From a virus (Duplodnaviria; Caudoviricetes): a DNA stretch of 64,000 nucleotides. Made by a program: the position numbers and the translations under genes. The stretch covers positions 12,337 through 76,336 of the IMG/VR virus record IMGVR_UViG_3300012665_000509, one strand, 5' to 3'. Below, in pieces: positions 8,616 through 19,878 of this stretch. How positions within the stretch are numbered: position 1 is the first letter of the stretch; the number at the start of each line of letters is the position of its first letter. The notes below the pieces were generated by a model, which worked only from the letters and a program-made list of their open reading frames with translations, was not told the DNA's origin and did no database searches.

Positions 8616-11600
8616 ATGGCTGTTGGTCGAATTTCCGGTCCGCTCTTAAAGGCTAATCTCTTACGAGATGGAGTTCCGCTTGCCTTTGAGACCGACCTAC
8701 TATATCTTGATGTCGTTAATGGCCGAGTTGGTATTAAAACGGCTTCTCCTGATTACGATTTAGATGTCAACGGTACAGCTCGTACTACAAACTTAATAGT
8801 TCCAACTAACGCTGATATTGCCACGTTTACATTTAACGGCAATACTATTTCTAGCACTGCCGGACAAATTAATATCAACCCAAGTACAGGCAATGCTGTA
8901 CTGTATCAAGCAAAGTTACGTGTAAACAATAACTTAGAAATTTCTAGCAACTCTATTAAAACTACAGTTGCTGATGACGATTTAGAATTAAGCACTCTCG
9001 GCACAGGCCAAGTACAGATCAACAGCAACGTGCTAGTTGATGGCGACTTACACGCAACAGGTAGCATTACTGCTGACGGTAGTATTACCATTGGTGATTC
9101 AAATACTGACAGCATTATCTTTAATGCTGATATTGCTAGTAACATTGTACCTGACGCAAACAACACTTATGATCTAGGTGAAGTAGGTAAAGAATGGCGC
9201 ACATCATATATTCAAGATGTACAGACTACAACGCTTAGTGCCGCAAATATACAAGTTAACGGTATTGATCTAGCATTACCGCAAGGCAATATTATCTATG
9301 TTGCTAAAAACGGTAACGATACAAATGCTGGCCTACACGAAAACAATCCAGTTGCTACAATTGAACATGCGTTTACATTAGCAACCGCTGGCGACACAGT
9401 TTATGTATTTCCAGGAGTATACGAAGAACGTTTTCCACTAGAAGTGCCTCCGGGAGTTACAGTACACGGTACTAGTTTACGCTCAGTAACAATCAAGCCA
9501 ACAGCGGCAACTATGTATTATGACGCTTTTCACGTAAACGGCGAAGCTACTGTAGAAGATTTTACCATCATGGGATTCCACCATGACGCAACAGGAACAC
9601 TTCCAGAGTTTACTGATAACAGTCAAGGAACTGGTCACGCATTCCGTTTTAGTTCAAATACAACAACTAAAACTCGTAGTCCTTACATTCGTAATATTAC
9701 AGTAATAACGTTTGGTACTGCTAGTGTGTTAGCTATTGACGGACAAGTAACCGAAACGATAGACGGACTAACTAGAATTAAAAGCATCATAGATGAGATT
9801 GTAACCAACGGAACTGTTGTAAAGACTCCGGGCAACTCACAAGATCCGGTCACTGGCGTAGCTAGTGATGCTGGTACTGGTACTTTGCTACAAGGGTTAA
9901 TTGATGATGTTATTCATATTATCAATAACGGCACGCTAAAGGCTAATCTTCCAACTATTACAGCTAACGGTACAGCAGTAACATCGGGTATGTTATATAA
10001 TGCCGCAGTACTATTAGAAGCAAACAGAGCATTTATCAAAGAAGAAATTACTGCGTATGTAACAGCTACATATCCAAGTCCTGGATTTACATATGATATA
10101 GCAACATGCCAACGTGACATGGGTTATATTTTAGACGCAATGATTTATGATATTGTTCGCGGCGGCAACGAACATACTGTATACGCAGGTCTAGCACATT
10201 GGGTACAACCAGAAAACGATCCTCGAGGTTATGGAAGAGGCGATGCTGGCCACGGCGCTCTAATTGACGGATCTGCTGTGACAGCAAACAGTACTTCAGC
10301 CTCAATGTTATTCCACTCAGTGACATTCATTACTCCTGCCGCTGATACATTGATTGCTACCAACGGCGCCCGTGTTGAGTGGCTAAACTCATTTACATAC
10401 TTTGCTGGCAAAGGTCTATACATATATTCAAGTGAAGCAGGTTTTGCTAATGCTGGTAAAACACGTTTGCGTATTAATACTCGCGTTGGTACATGGGCAG
10501 TTGGCAATACTGTAAGTTATTATGACACTGACGGCACTACGCTATTGGCATCGGGTGTTATTGAAGCTGTTGATGGTAACTACGTTGATCTAACTGGCCG
10601 TTGCTTGGGCTTTGAAACTGTTACCGATAGAACACCAACTACAATTTATGTACAAGGTAATGCTAAACTATCAACAACACAAAAGAAATTTGGAGTATCA
10701 AGTTTAGTATTAGACGGTAACGGCGATTATATTTCAGCCTTACCACAACCAGATTTTAACTTTGGTACAGGCGACTTCACTTTAGAATGTTGGGTTTATC
10801 CAACAGCAGTTCCTACCGCAGGGCAATACTCGTTTGTCATGGGACAAAGTGCCGCCGGCGCTGGCAACAGTAGTTGCGGACTATATCTAGGAAGTAGTGC
10901 TGGCACTATATACTTGTACTCATTTGGCACATTTGGAACAATTAACGGCGCCGCAGTTGCTGCCAATGCCTGGAGCCACATTGCTCTTACAAGAGAAGGC
11001 AACAGCTTTAAGTTATGGATTAACGGTACACAAGCTGGGTCAACATTAACGTATGCTGGCGCAATGACCAGTGCTACAACAACAAACTTTACAATTGGCG
11101 GGAACGCAGGATTTAATTTATATTTCACAGGATATATTGATGATGCTCGAGTATCTAAAGGTATTTCAAGATACTCAACAACATTTACAGCACCTACAGT
11201 TCCGCTAACTGGTGACTTGTCAACAGTATTGTTATTACACTTTAATGGTGCTAATAACTCAACAACAATGTTAGATGACGGTATTACCTTCCAAGATTTG
11301 AGAACTAGCGCAGGCGGAACAGCAAGCATCATTAACTTTGCCGACTACTCACAGTTTGGTGCTGAAGTTCGTGCTATTGGTTCTGCTAACGTATACGGTA
11401 ATTATGGCGCATACGGTGACGGCCCTGGTGTCATTGCTTATCTAGTATCGCAAAACTTTGCCTATGTTGGCGCTGGAAGTTTAACTACAAACGATCCTAA
11501 TGATCGTATAGATGCTAACGAAGTTGTTGAACTTAACGGTGCTAAAATATATCGCACATCAGTTGACAACGAAGGTAATTTTAGAGTTGGTGATAATTTT

Positions 11601-13187
11601 TACGTTAATCAGAAGACTGGTGAAGTATTATTTGATAACCAAGCAGTTAGTGTAACATCTGTAGAAGGTGTTGTGTTTACAGACGGTGTTAACACAACCA
11701 CACTAACCCCAACAGATATTACTACTGGTAACATTCGTATTAGCGGTAATACAATTAGTAGCTTGTCCGGCGACATCAATGTGTCGTCTGCTAGTGGCGC
11801 AATTAATTTACAAAATACAACATACGTTACTGGTGACTTAGACATTACCGGCGACCTAACCATCGGCGGCAATATTCAAATTGGCGACCAAACAACTGAT
11901 ACAATTAGCTTTGTTGGCGGAATCAACAGCGATTTAATTCCAGCAACTAATACAACTTATGATTTAGGTACATCTAGCTTACGTTGGAACAATGCGTACT
12001 TGAGTCGTATTGAAGTTGATGGAGTTGTTATTGACAGTAATACAATCAGCACAACTGTGGGCAATGATGATTTAAGTCTAGTTGCCAACGGTACTGGTCG
12101 TGTTTACATTCCAAGCAACGATGTACAAATTAATCAAAACTTAACTGTAACTCAAAACTTTACAGTTAGTACAGGAACAAGTTATTTAAAAAATATTGGT
12201 GTAACTGGAACTATTACACAAACCGGCGACTTTAATCAAACTGGTAATTTTACTACTAGCGGCACAGTACAATCAGATAACTTAACAGTCACCGGTACTA
12301 TAACATTACCAGAATTACAAATTAGTGCTAACACTATTTCAACAAAAGTTGCTGGCACAGATTTAAATCTTACTGCTAACGGCACTGGTAATGTTGTATT
12401 TGAAGGTATCAGAGTAACTAATAATGATATTCAAAGTACTGTTACTAATTCTAATATTACTTTAACTCCACAAGGTACCGGTACTGTAATTGTTAACAGC
12501 AATCAAAGTATTCAAATACCTGTAGGTACAACACTACAACGTCCAGGCGTGGGTGTAGCAACTAACGGTATGATCCGTTATAACACTGACCTTGGCGAAT
12601 ATGAAGGTTACAATAATGGTTACTGGTTAAAACTTGGTGGCGTTGCTGACGCAAGTCGTAATACACGCATCCTTCCAGAGCTAACACCTGGATCAAACAA
12701 CAATACGTTATACTTTTATGCTAACGATAACTTAACTGCGTTTATAGACAGTACTAAGTTGTTTGCTGAAAAGTTTCAGACTAGTAATTTAGATGTTAAC
12801 AATAATGTTATCAGTAGCATCAACACTGATACTGATATTAACATTACAACTAGTGGCACCGGCGGTGTTAGAGTAGGTAACTTAAAGATTTTTAACAATA
12901 CTATCACTAATACTGTAGCAGGCGCTGTAACAGAATTTGTACAAGGTGTAAACGGATTTGTAAGAATTCCCGGAACCAACGGGGTAGTAATTCCGTCAGG
13001 TGATACGCTAACACAACGACCATCTGGTTCAAACGCTGAACGCGGTATGATGCGATTCAACACTGACGGACAGTTAGTAGAAGTATATAACGGTACTAGT
13101 TGGTCAAGCGTTGCTGGTGCGTCCGGCGGTGTAACAACAGCAGAAGCTACTGAATTAGGTATTGCTTCAGCATTAATTTTTGGATAA
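8616..13187 (+). CDS. Large fibre/baseplate protein: beta-helix, one phycobiliprotein-like helical insert, LamG/ConA-like domain
   Basis: 1523 aa; N-terminus nearly identical to 5133. FGTGDFTLECWVYP...WSHIALTR...GYIDDARVSKG is a LamG pattern. CQRDMGYILDA insert. Confidence 0.75.
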   Translation: MAVGRISGPLLKANLLRDGVPLAFETDLLYLDVVNGRVGIKTASPDYDLDVNGTARTTNLIVPTNADIATFTFNGNTISSTAGQININPSTGNAVLYQAKLRVNNNLEISSNSIKTTVADDDLELSTLGTGQVQINSNVLVDGDLHATGSITADGSITIGDSNTDSIIFNADIASNIVPDANNTYDLGEVGKEWRTSYIQDVQTTTLSAANIQVNGIDLALPQGNIIYVAKNGNDTNAGLHENNPVATIEHAFTLATAGDTVYVFPGVYEERFPLEVPPGVTVHGTSLRSVTIKPTAATMYYDAFHVNGEATVEDFTIMGFHHDATGTLPEFTDNSQGTGHAFRFSSNTTTKTRSPYIRNITVITFGTASVLAIDGQVTETIDGLTRIKSIIDEIVTNGTVVKTPGNSQDPVTGVASDAGTGTLLQGLIDDVIHIINNGTLKANLPTITANGTAVTSGMLYNAAVLLEANRAFIKEEITAYVTATYPSPGFTYDIATCQRDMGYILDAMIYDIVRGGNEHTVYAGLAHWVQPENDPRGYGRGDAGHGALIDGSAVTANSTSASMLFHSVTFITPAADTLIATNGARVEWLNSFTYFAGKGLYIYSSEAGFANAGKTRLRINTRVGTWAVGNTVSYYDTDGTTLLASGVIEAVDGNYVDLTGRCLGFETVTDRTPTTIYVQGNAKLSTTQKKFGVSSLVLDGNGDYISALPQPDFNFGTGDFTLECWVYPTAVPTAGQYSFVMGQSAAGAGNSSCGLYLGSSAGTIYLYSFGTFGTINGAAVAANAWSHIALTREGNSFKLWINGTQAGSTLTYAGAMTSATTTNFTIGGNAGFNLYFTGYIDDARVSKGISRYSTTFTAPTVPLTGDLSTVLLLHFNGANNSTTMLDDGITFQDLRTSAGGTASIINFADYSQFGAEVRAIGSANVYGNYGAYGDGPGVIAYLVSQNFAYVGAGSLTTNDPNDRIDANEVVELNGAKIYRTSVDNEGNFRVGDNFYVNQKTGEVLFDNQAVSVTSVEGVVFTDGVNTTTLTPTDITTGNIRISGNTISSLSGDINVSSASGAINLQNTTYVTGDLDITGDLTIGGNIQIGDQTTDTISFVGGINSDLIPATNTTYDLGTSSLRWNNAYLSRIEVDGVVIDSNTISTTVGNDDLSLVANGTGRVYIPSNDVQINQNLTVTQNFTVSTGTSYLKNIGVTGTITQTGDFNQTGNFTTSGTVQSDNLTVTGTITLPELQISANTISTKVAGTDLNLTANGTGNVVFEGIRVTNNDIQSTVTNSNITLTPQGTGTVIVNSNQSIQIPVGTTLQRPGVGVATNGMIRYNTDLGEYEGYNNGYWLKLGGVADASRNTRILPELTPGSNNNTLYFYANDNLTAFIDSTKLFAEKFQTSNLDVNNNVISSINTDTDINITTSGTGGVRVGNLKIFNNTITNTVAGAVTEFVQGVNGFVRIPGTNGVVIPSGDTLTQRPSGSNAERGMMRFNTDGQLVEVYNGTSWSSVAGASGGVTTAEATELGIASALIFG

Positions 13188-13193
13188 TAGAAT

Positions 13194-13523
13194 ATGGCAA
13201 CCTTTTTTAGAACAGCAGTTGTACCCAACATTGGAACAACACCAGTTGATGTGCTAACAGTAGCACCTGGTAATAGATTTACACTAGTTGGATGTAACTT
13301 GGCAAACACCACTGACTACACAGTCGTTATCGACATAAAAATTGAAGACGCAGGAGCAGTTCAAGCATACTACATCAAACAGTTAGTAATCGATCCATAC
13401 ACTAGTGCTAAGGTCGTAACCAACGGTGAAAAGATTATTTTAGCAGAAAGCTGTAAAATGATTATAACTAGCGACACTGCTAACAGCGTTGATGCTGTGA
13501 TCAGTTACGCTGAAATTGTTTAA
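13194..13523 (+). CDS. Small beta-rich structural/adaptor protein
   Basis: Paralog pattern (VLTV...CNLANTT...GEKIIL); follows a gene ending in the helix ASALIFG. Confidence 0.6.
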   Translation: MATFFRTAVVPNIGTTPVDVLTVAPGNRFTLVGCNLANTTDYTVVIDIKIEDAGAVQAYYIKQLVIDPYTSAKVVTNGEKIILAESCKMIITSDTANSVDAVISYAEIV

Positions 13524-13535
13524 TAGGAGAATAAA

Positions 13536-13895
13536 ATGAGTTATATTTTTGGCAGAGGCCAGCAAGATTTAATTGGAGATTCTCCTAAGTATCTATACGG
13601 ACTAAGAAGAACTGACGAAGGCGAATTGTTTTTCTGTCGCGTTAATCAACTTAGTAGAGACGACAGTTTCCAAGTTAATAAAATTGGTGATGAATTAGAC
13701 AACTTTACAGAATTTGAAGTTGGCGTGGACTTTTTTGAAGGCCGCGATGTTGAACATGAAATTGTATTTGGTAACTTGATTTACGAACAGTATCGCTGGG
13801 ACGATAAAGATTTGTACTATTATGTAGATACAGACGGTCAATTAGTATTAGTAGTAAATCAGAAGGTAGTTTATCCTGCTGGAATCAGCAGTTAA
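13536..13895 (+). CDS. Hypothetical virion-associated protein
   Basis: 119 aa ORF with AGGAG RBS in the structural operon. Confidence 0.55.
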   Translation: MSYIFGRGQQDLIGDSPKYLYGLRRTDEGELFFCRVNQLSRDDSFQVNKIGDELDNFTEFEVGVDFFEGRDVEHEIVFGNLIYEQYRWDDKDLYYYVDTDGQLVLVVNQKVVYPAGISS

Positions 13896-13930
13896 TAAAT
13901 ATACAAACTAGAAAATATTTGGGGTAAAAA

Positions 13931-16900
13931 ATGGCAGAATTTAAATTAGGTAGAATTAGATTTACATGGCAAGGCGACTGGTCGGCAACAACAGCCTATA
14001 CTAAAGACGATATTGTTCGTTACGGTAGCAGTTCGTACGTGTGCTTAGTAGGTCATACTGCTTCTACAGACTTTTATGACGACCTGTATTATGTTAATAC
14101 AGCAACTCAGCCAGATACCGCTGCCCCAAAGTGGACACTATGGTTTGAAGGTTACGAGTGGACAGGCGACTGGGACACTGGAACTTTTTATAAAGTTGGT
14201 GATATTGCCAGATACGGTAGTATTGTATACCTATGTAATGAAAGCCACACATCAACAACTGATTCTAAAACCCTAACAGTTATCAACGCATTTGGTACTG
14301 GCACAAACGTTATTCCTACAACAGCAATGGCTGGAACTGGAACACTAGTAACATTAACATATGACGAGCAAGATGATATTCCGTTCTATGTTGGCCAAAG
14401 TATTAGTATTGCTGGCGCAGATCCAGTTGAGTATAACGGCACTTGGATTGTTACTTTTGCTAGTAAAACTCAAATAAAGTTTGCTAGTACTGCTACCGGC
14501 GCACAAGTTGTTGCTGGCACTATTACATCTACTGACGGATTAATTACATTAGAGTTTGCTCCTGAGACAGTTGCTCCATTTTTAGCAGGCGATAGTATTA
14601 CAGTTGCTGGAGTACGCTCAACTGTTTATAATGGTACATACACTATTAGAGATTGTACTACTTCATCTGTAAGCTATCTAGGAACTAATCGAGCACCATT
14701 TATTCCACCGTTCCCAACAATCGTTGATGGCGCAACAGAAATTAGAATTACTAACGTAGTTGGCAACGGCGATCAAGTAACCATTACATTTGCTGAACAG
14801 AAAGTTGGCGAAATTCCAACAGCACCGTTTACTATTGGACAGACTATTACATTAGTCGGTGTAAATCCTCCAGTATATAATGGAGTGAGAGTGGTATCAG
14901 CATGTACTCCAACTACTGTAGTGTATACTGCTTCGACACAGGACATATTTGTTCCGCCAGCAGCCAACGCGGCTTTTGGAACACTTGTTGGTCCACAATT
15001 AGCTGTACTAGAACAAGATCAAAGTAAGTGGACTGCTTACGCAAAAACAGACAACTGGCAAAAAGATTGGACTGTTGATACTCGATATCGTTTGAATGAT
15101 ATTGTAAAGTATAACGGTATCCTATATCGTTGTATTGGAAATCATACTAGTGCTGAAACAAATGCGCTGGGATTAGAAAACGATATTAGTAACTGGCAGT
15201 TGATCTCATTCTCTGAAGAATGGAGAACTGACTGGACTATATCAACACGCTATAGAAGAAATGACATTATCAGATACGGCGGTATTGTTTATCGCTGTAA
15301 CAGTGGACACACATCCGCTGCAACTGTTGCCCTAGGGTTAGAAGTAGACCTTTCAAACTGGCAAATAGTTCATAGCGGTATTGAGTATAAAGGTGTGTGG
15401 GCTGTTGATTTTAGATATAAGTTAAACGACGTTGTAAAATACGGAGCAAATCAATGGATATGTAATCTTGGCCACGTAAGTGACAGCGCAGAGTTTGAAC
15501 CTGCCAAGTGGAATTTGTATCTACCAGGATTAGAGTATCAAGAAGAATGGAGCGCACTAGAAAATTATATTCCTGGCGATGTAGTAAAATACGGCGGATA
15601 TAGTTATTTTAGTAAGACACACAACTTTAATTTTAAACCTTCAGTATACCCATTAGAATGGGAATTACTAACTACAGGATTTAAGATTGTTGGCGAATAT
15701 AGTACAGCGACTCAGTATCGAACAGGTGATGTAGTTCGACGATTCGGTAAATTATTCCTAGCTATTACCGATAGCCAAGGCAGTGAAACAACTAATGCTA
15801 CAAATTGGGAACTAGTAGTTGATGGTATACAGTGGAAAGATAAATGGGAAGAAAATACCGAATATCTGCCAGGTGACGTTATTAACTATATCGCAACTAC
15901 TTACAAATGTGTTACTAAGCATTTGTCGGCACTTGGTAATAACCCCTTAAACGATATTATTGGTGACTATTGGATTACCTACGCACAAGGTGAAAAGACC
16001 AACAGACTATTAAAACAAGGTGACACGTTAACATATAACAACGGTTCAACTGTTCGTTATGCTCTAGACACTGTACAAGGTAACATCCTACAGACTAATT
16101 CAGAAATGCCTAGTTGGGAAGCCTGGGGTGAAATTGACAAAGTATATTACGTTTCAACTAACGGTGTTGATGACGTTAACCACGGTAGTTCATTGAACTC
16201 TCCTTGGAAAACTGTAGCATACGCCTGCTCACAAGTAACAGGTCCTGCTACTATTTTTATTAAGACTGGTATTTACTACGAAGCGTTACCTATCAGTGTG
16301 CCTGCCGGTGTTGCGTTATGCGGTGATGAATTGCGTAGTACCGTGATTCGACCAATACCTGCCGATGTGACAGCAGACATGTTCTATGTACGTAACGGTA
16401 CAGGTATTCGTAATATGACATTACAAGGCTTAACTGGCACACTTGGAGAACCAAACCAGTATGGTACTCGCCGCCCAACGGCAGGTGCGTATGTGAGTTT
16501 AGATCCTGGATCAGGCCCAACTGACAGTTCTGTTTGGATTACTAACAAATCTTGCTACGTACAAAACGTAACAACATTCGGTACCGGATGTATTGGTTTA
16601 AAAATTGACGGAGCACTACACAACGGAGGCAACAAATCTATTGTTGCCAACGACTTTACACAGATTCTTAGCGATGGTATTGCTTGTTGGTGTACAAACT
16701 TAGGATTAACTGAATTAGTATCGGTGTTCTCATACTACGGACACATTGGTTACCTAGCTGAGAACGGTGGTAAGATTCGTGCTACCAATGGTAACAGCTC
16801 ATACGGTACATACGGTTGTGTATCCGAAGGCGTGTCTGCTTTAGAAGTTCCTATTACAGGCAGCATCAACAATAGATCAACAGAAGCACAAATTTCTAAC

Positions 16901-19804
16901 GTGTTTATTGGTGAAGCAAGCGATCAAATTCTTAAATTAGAATTTAGCAATGCTGGAAACGCATATACTAATGTTAACTATACATTTACAGGATCTGGAA
17001 CCCAGGGCAATGCTCGCGGCGATGAATTCCGTGATAACGCAGTATTTGAAGTTAGAATTTTACAACAGAGCATTAACAGTGGATACGGTGGAACTGGATA
17101 TGAGATTGTATCAAACAACGTTCAAGCTGGTAACACACTATCATTGACTATTGCTAGTAACGATAAAAACCCAGAAGTTGATTTACTAGGTAAACGAATA
17201 CTAGTAGTATCGGGTACTGGAGTTGGACAGTACGGCTATGTTGCTGGATTAGACTTTGTATCAAAAATTGTAGCAGTGGCCAAAGAGTCAGTTGAACAAT
17301 TAACAGCAGTATCAACCGTTGCTAGCAACGATGTGATAAACGTTAACAACACAACATATTTCCCAGCTGGTACTCCAGTATACTTTAGTTATAAGACTTA
17401 TGTTATTACTATTACAAATGCTTACGGCCCTTCAGACATTATAGGTCCAGGAGTGTTACGTCCTAATCAATTAATATGTAATTCAACATCGGGGCTTGTA
17501 ATTGGAATGCCAATTACATTTAGTTCAGCTTATGGTGTAATTTCACAATCAACAGTTTACTATGTTTCTGAAATTGTTGACAGCACTAGCATTAGAATCA
17601 GCGCAACTAACAATGGTCCAACATTAACATTATCAACTCAAACAGGTGTTGTATTAGGAACTATTGGTGGAACCCTAGGCGGATTATTAACTAACACATT
17701 GTATTATGTACTAGCTACTAACAGAACTGCTACACAATTTAGTGTAAGCCTTACACCCGGCGGCACAGTTGAACCAGTGACTGATAGGGTTGGTCAAATG
17801 TTTGTCAACGCGGCAGGTTGGGACCATATTAATCAAGGAACACCGGCTGTTGAACTACTTGATACTACATCAGTATACAGTATTGAGCCTCGAGTGACAT
17901 TTTCAGCTCCCCCATACGCTACTATTGCTGGAGTATTGCCAGCAAGCACAGTATGGTCTAGTATTGCTTACGGTAACGGTAAGTTTGTAGCTGTGTCAAG
18001 TAGCAGTGCTGATGTCGCAGTTAGTATTGATTCAGGCGGGTCTTGGACATTAGGTGCGTTACCAGCAAGCGATGTATGGACAAGTGTTACTTACGGAGAC
18101 CCGGGCTGGGTAGCTGCCGGTGCTACTACTATGGCAGCATCGACTAACGGAACTGACTGGACTACAATTCCAGGAACTCCAGTATACGCATGGACAGATG
18201 TACACTACGGTAATGGCAGATATATTGCTGTTGGCACAGACGTTATCGCAACATCAAACAATTCAGTTACATGGAGCGCATCAACAGTTACCGGAGCATG
18301 GTCAAGTGTTGCCTATGGTAAAGATATATGGGTAGCAGTTGCAGCAGGTACAGCCGCAGTATATTCAACAGACGGCGGCGCAGTATGGAATCCAGTAGTA
18401 GTTGCTGATGCTACTTGGTCAAGCGTCACATACGGTAATGGCCGTTTTGTGGCAGTTGCCAGCGGTGGAACAGCAACAATGTACTCATTTGATGGAGCAG
18501 TTTGGTATAATTCAGCACTACCTTCATCGAGAACGTGGACTAGCATTACTTACGGCCAAGGTTTGTTTATGGCAGTAGCATCATCAGGTAACAGTGCAGC
18601 ATCTAGCCAGGATGGACTAACCTGGGTAGCTAGATCGTTGTCAGCAAGTGCTAACTGGAAGAGTATTGCCTTTGGTAATCCAACAGTTAGCGGAACAATA
18701 ACTCCAAAATTTGTAGCAGTAGCATCTTCTGGGACTAGTGCTCGTATAATCAGCGCAGGCGCAACAGCTATTGGAAGACCGGTAATTGAATCAAATGCTG
18801 TACAACAAATAAAAATTTGGGAACCAGGCAGCGGATATACTGTAACTCCAACCGTTACAGTGTACGATGCTGTTAATACAACCGATGTGTTAACCTTGGC
18901 AAGAATAGGTAACGGTGTATTAGGAAATCCGTCGTTTATCAATCGAGGAACAGGATATAGAAGCTCAAGTACAGTGTGTACGGTAGTTGGCGACGGTTAT
19001 GCTGATTCGTACCACGTAGGAAAATTTGTAATTGTTTCGGGACTAAGTAGAGTCCCTGGGCCAGGTGCTAACTTGTCGATTGACGGAATTCCTGACATAA
19101 TTTATAAAATTGTTAAGATTTTTGATCTTGGATCAGGCAACGCAAAATTCCAAATTGCTCCGTACTTAAAAGTATTCAACAGTCCGGTACATAACACTGG
19201 ATTTATTATCCGTGAAAAATACTCACAAGTTCGTCTAACAGGACACGACTTCTTATTAATTGGTACTGGAAATTTCCAACAGGCTAATTATCCTGACACA
19301 GATGTTAGACAGCTGGCGCAAGAAAGTGAAATTAAAGAGTCAGGAGGCGGCCGTTGCTTCTACACAAGTACTGACCAAGACGGTAACTTCCGAGTCGGCG
19401 AACTGTTTAAAGTTGAACAAGCGACAGGTACTGTTACTATTAGTGCTGACTTCTTCCAGCTACGCGGTCTTGAAGAACTAAGTTTAGGTGGAGTAAGTAT
19501 TGGTGGTTCAGCTGTTGTTGTACGTGAATTTAGTACAGACCAGTTCTTTACAGCTGATAGTAATAACGTTGTTCCAACGCAGAAAGCAATTAAGGCCTAC
19601 ATTGGCAAACGTATTTCTGGTGGTGGATCTGACGCACAAACAGGTGTTTTAGTAGCAGGTATTGTTCGTGTTGGCCCACAACAAATTTCAACAACTACTA
19701 ACACACAGGTGTTTATGAAAAATAAAGTAAAAATAACGAAAGGTATTGATGGTAGTATGTTAGCTATGACGTTCTTTGCAGACAGCTTTACTAACGACGA
19801 TTAA
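13931..19804 (+). CDS. Giant tail fibre/baseplate protein (paralog of 19879)
   Basis: 1957 aa. Eight W...Y..(G/N)D.V.Y.G..Y.C...H repeats (CBM5/12-like), a beta-helix, and W.S..YG.G.FVAV / S.DG..W propeller repeats. Confidence 0.75.
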   Translation: MAEFKLGRIRFTWQGDWSATTAYTKDDIVRYGSSSYVCLVGHTASTDFYDDLYYVNTATQPDTAAPKWTLWFEGYEWTGDWDTGTFYKVGDIARYGSIVYLCNESHTSTTDSKTLTVINAFGTGTNVIPTTAMAGTGTLVTLTYDEQDDIPFYVGQSISIAGADPVEYNGTWIVTFASKTQIKFASTATGAQVVAGTITSTDGLITLEFAPETVAPFLAGDSITVAGVRSTVYNGTYTIRDCTTSSVSYLGTNRAPFIPPFPTIVDGATEIRITNVVGNGDQVTITFAEQKVGEIPTAPFTIGQTITLVGVNPPVYNGVRVVSACTPTTVVYTASTQDIFVPPAANAAFGTLVGPQLAVLEQDQSKWTAYAKTDNWQKDWTVDTRYRLNDIVKYNGILYRCIGNHTSAETNALGLENDISNWQLISFSEEWRTDWTISTRYRRNDIIRYGGIVYRCNSGHTSAATVALGLEVDLSNWQIVHSGIEYKGVWAVDFRYKLNDVVKYGANQWICNLGHVSDSAEFEPAKWNLYLPGLEYQEEWSALENYIPGDVVKYGGYSYFSKTHNFNFKPSVYPLEWELLTTGFKIVGEYSTATQYRTGDVVRRFGKLFLAITDSQGSETTNATNWELVVDGIQWKDKWEENTEYLPGDVINYIATTYKCVTKHLSALGNNPLNDIIGDYWITYAQGEKTNRLLKQGDTLTYNNGSTVRYALDTVQGNILQTNSEMPSWEAWGEIDKVYYVSTNGVDDVNHGSSLNSPWKTVAYACSQVTGPATIFIKTGIYYEALPISVPAGVALCGDELRSTVIRPIPADVTADMFYVRNGTGIRNMTLQGLTGTLGEPNQYGTRRPTAGAYVSLDPGSGPTDSSVWITNKSCYVQNVTTFGTGCIGLKIDGALHNGGNKSIVANDFTQILSDGIACWCTNLGLTELVSVFSYYGHIGYLAENGGKIRATNGNSSYGTYGCVSEGVSALEVPITGSINNRSTEAQISNVFIGEASDQILKLEFSNAGNAYTNVNYTFTGSGTQGNARGDEFRDNAVFEVRILQQSINSGYGGTGYEIVSNNVQAGNTLSLTIASNDKNPEVDLLGKRILVVSGTGVGQYGYVAGLDFVSKIVAVAKESVEQLTAVSTVASNDVINVNNTTYFPAGTPVYFSYKTYVITITNAYGPSDIIGPGVLRPNQLICNSTSGLVIGMPITFSSAYGVISQSTVYYVSEIVDSTSIRISATNNGPTLTLSTQTGVVLGTIGGTLGGLLTNTLYYVLATNRTATQFSVSLTPGGTVEPVTDRVGQMFVNAAGWDHINQGTPAVELLDTTSVYSIEPRVTFSAPPYATIAGVLPASTVWSSIAYGNGKFVAVSSSSADVAVSIDSGGSWTLGALPASDVWTSVTYGDPGWVAAGATTMAASTNGTDWTTIPGTPVYAWTDVHYGNGRYIAVGTDVIATSNNSVTWSASTVTGAWSSVAYGKDIWVAVAAGTAAVYSTDGGAVWNPVVVADATWSSVTYGNGRFVAVASGGTATMYSFDGAVWYNSALPSSRTWTSITYGQGLFMAVASSGNSAASSQDGLTWVARSLSASANWKSIAFGNPTVSGTITPKFVAVASSGTSARIISAGATAIGRPVIESNAVQQIKIWEPGSGYTVTPTVTVYDAVNTTDVLTLARIGNGVLGNPSFINRGTGYRSSSTVCTVVGDGYADSYHVGKFVIVSGLSRVPGPGANLSIDGIPDIIYKIVKIFDLGSGNAKFQIAPYLKVFNSPVHNTGFIIREKYSQVRLTGHDFLLIGTGNFQQANYPDTDVRQLAQESEIKESGGGRCFYTSTDQDGNFRVGELFKVEQATGTVTISADFFQLRGLEELSLGGVSIGGSAVVVREFSTDQFFTADSNNVVPTQKAIKAYIGKRISGGGSDAQTGVLVAGIVRVGPQQISTTTNTQVFMKNKVKITKGIDGSMLAMTFFADSFTNDD

Positions 19805-19878
19805 GTCGTTGAATCGCTTAGAAAAATGTAAATTTAACAAACACATAAATACAATAACTTGATAATCCGGAGCATTGA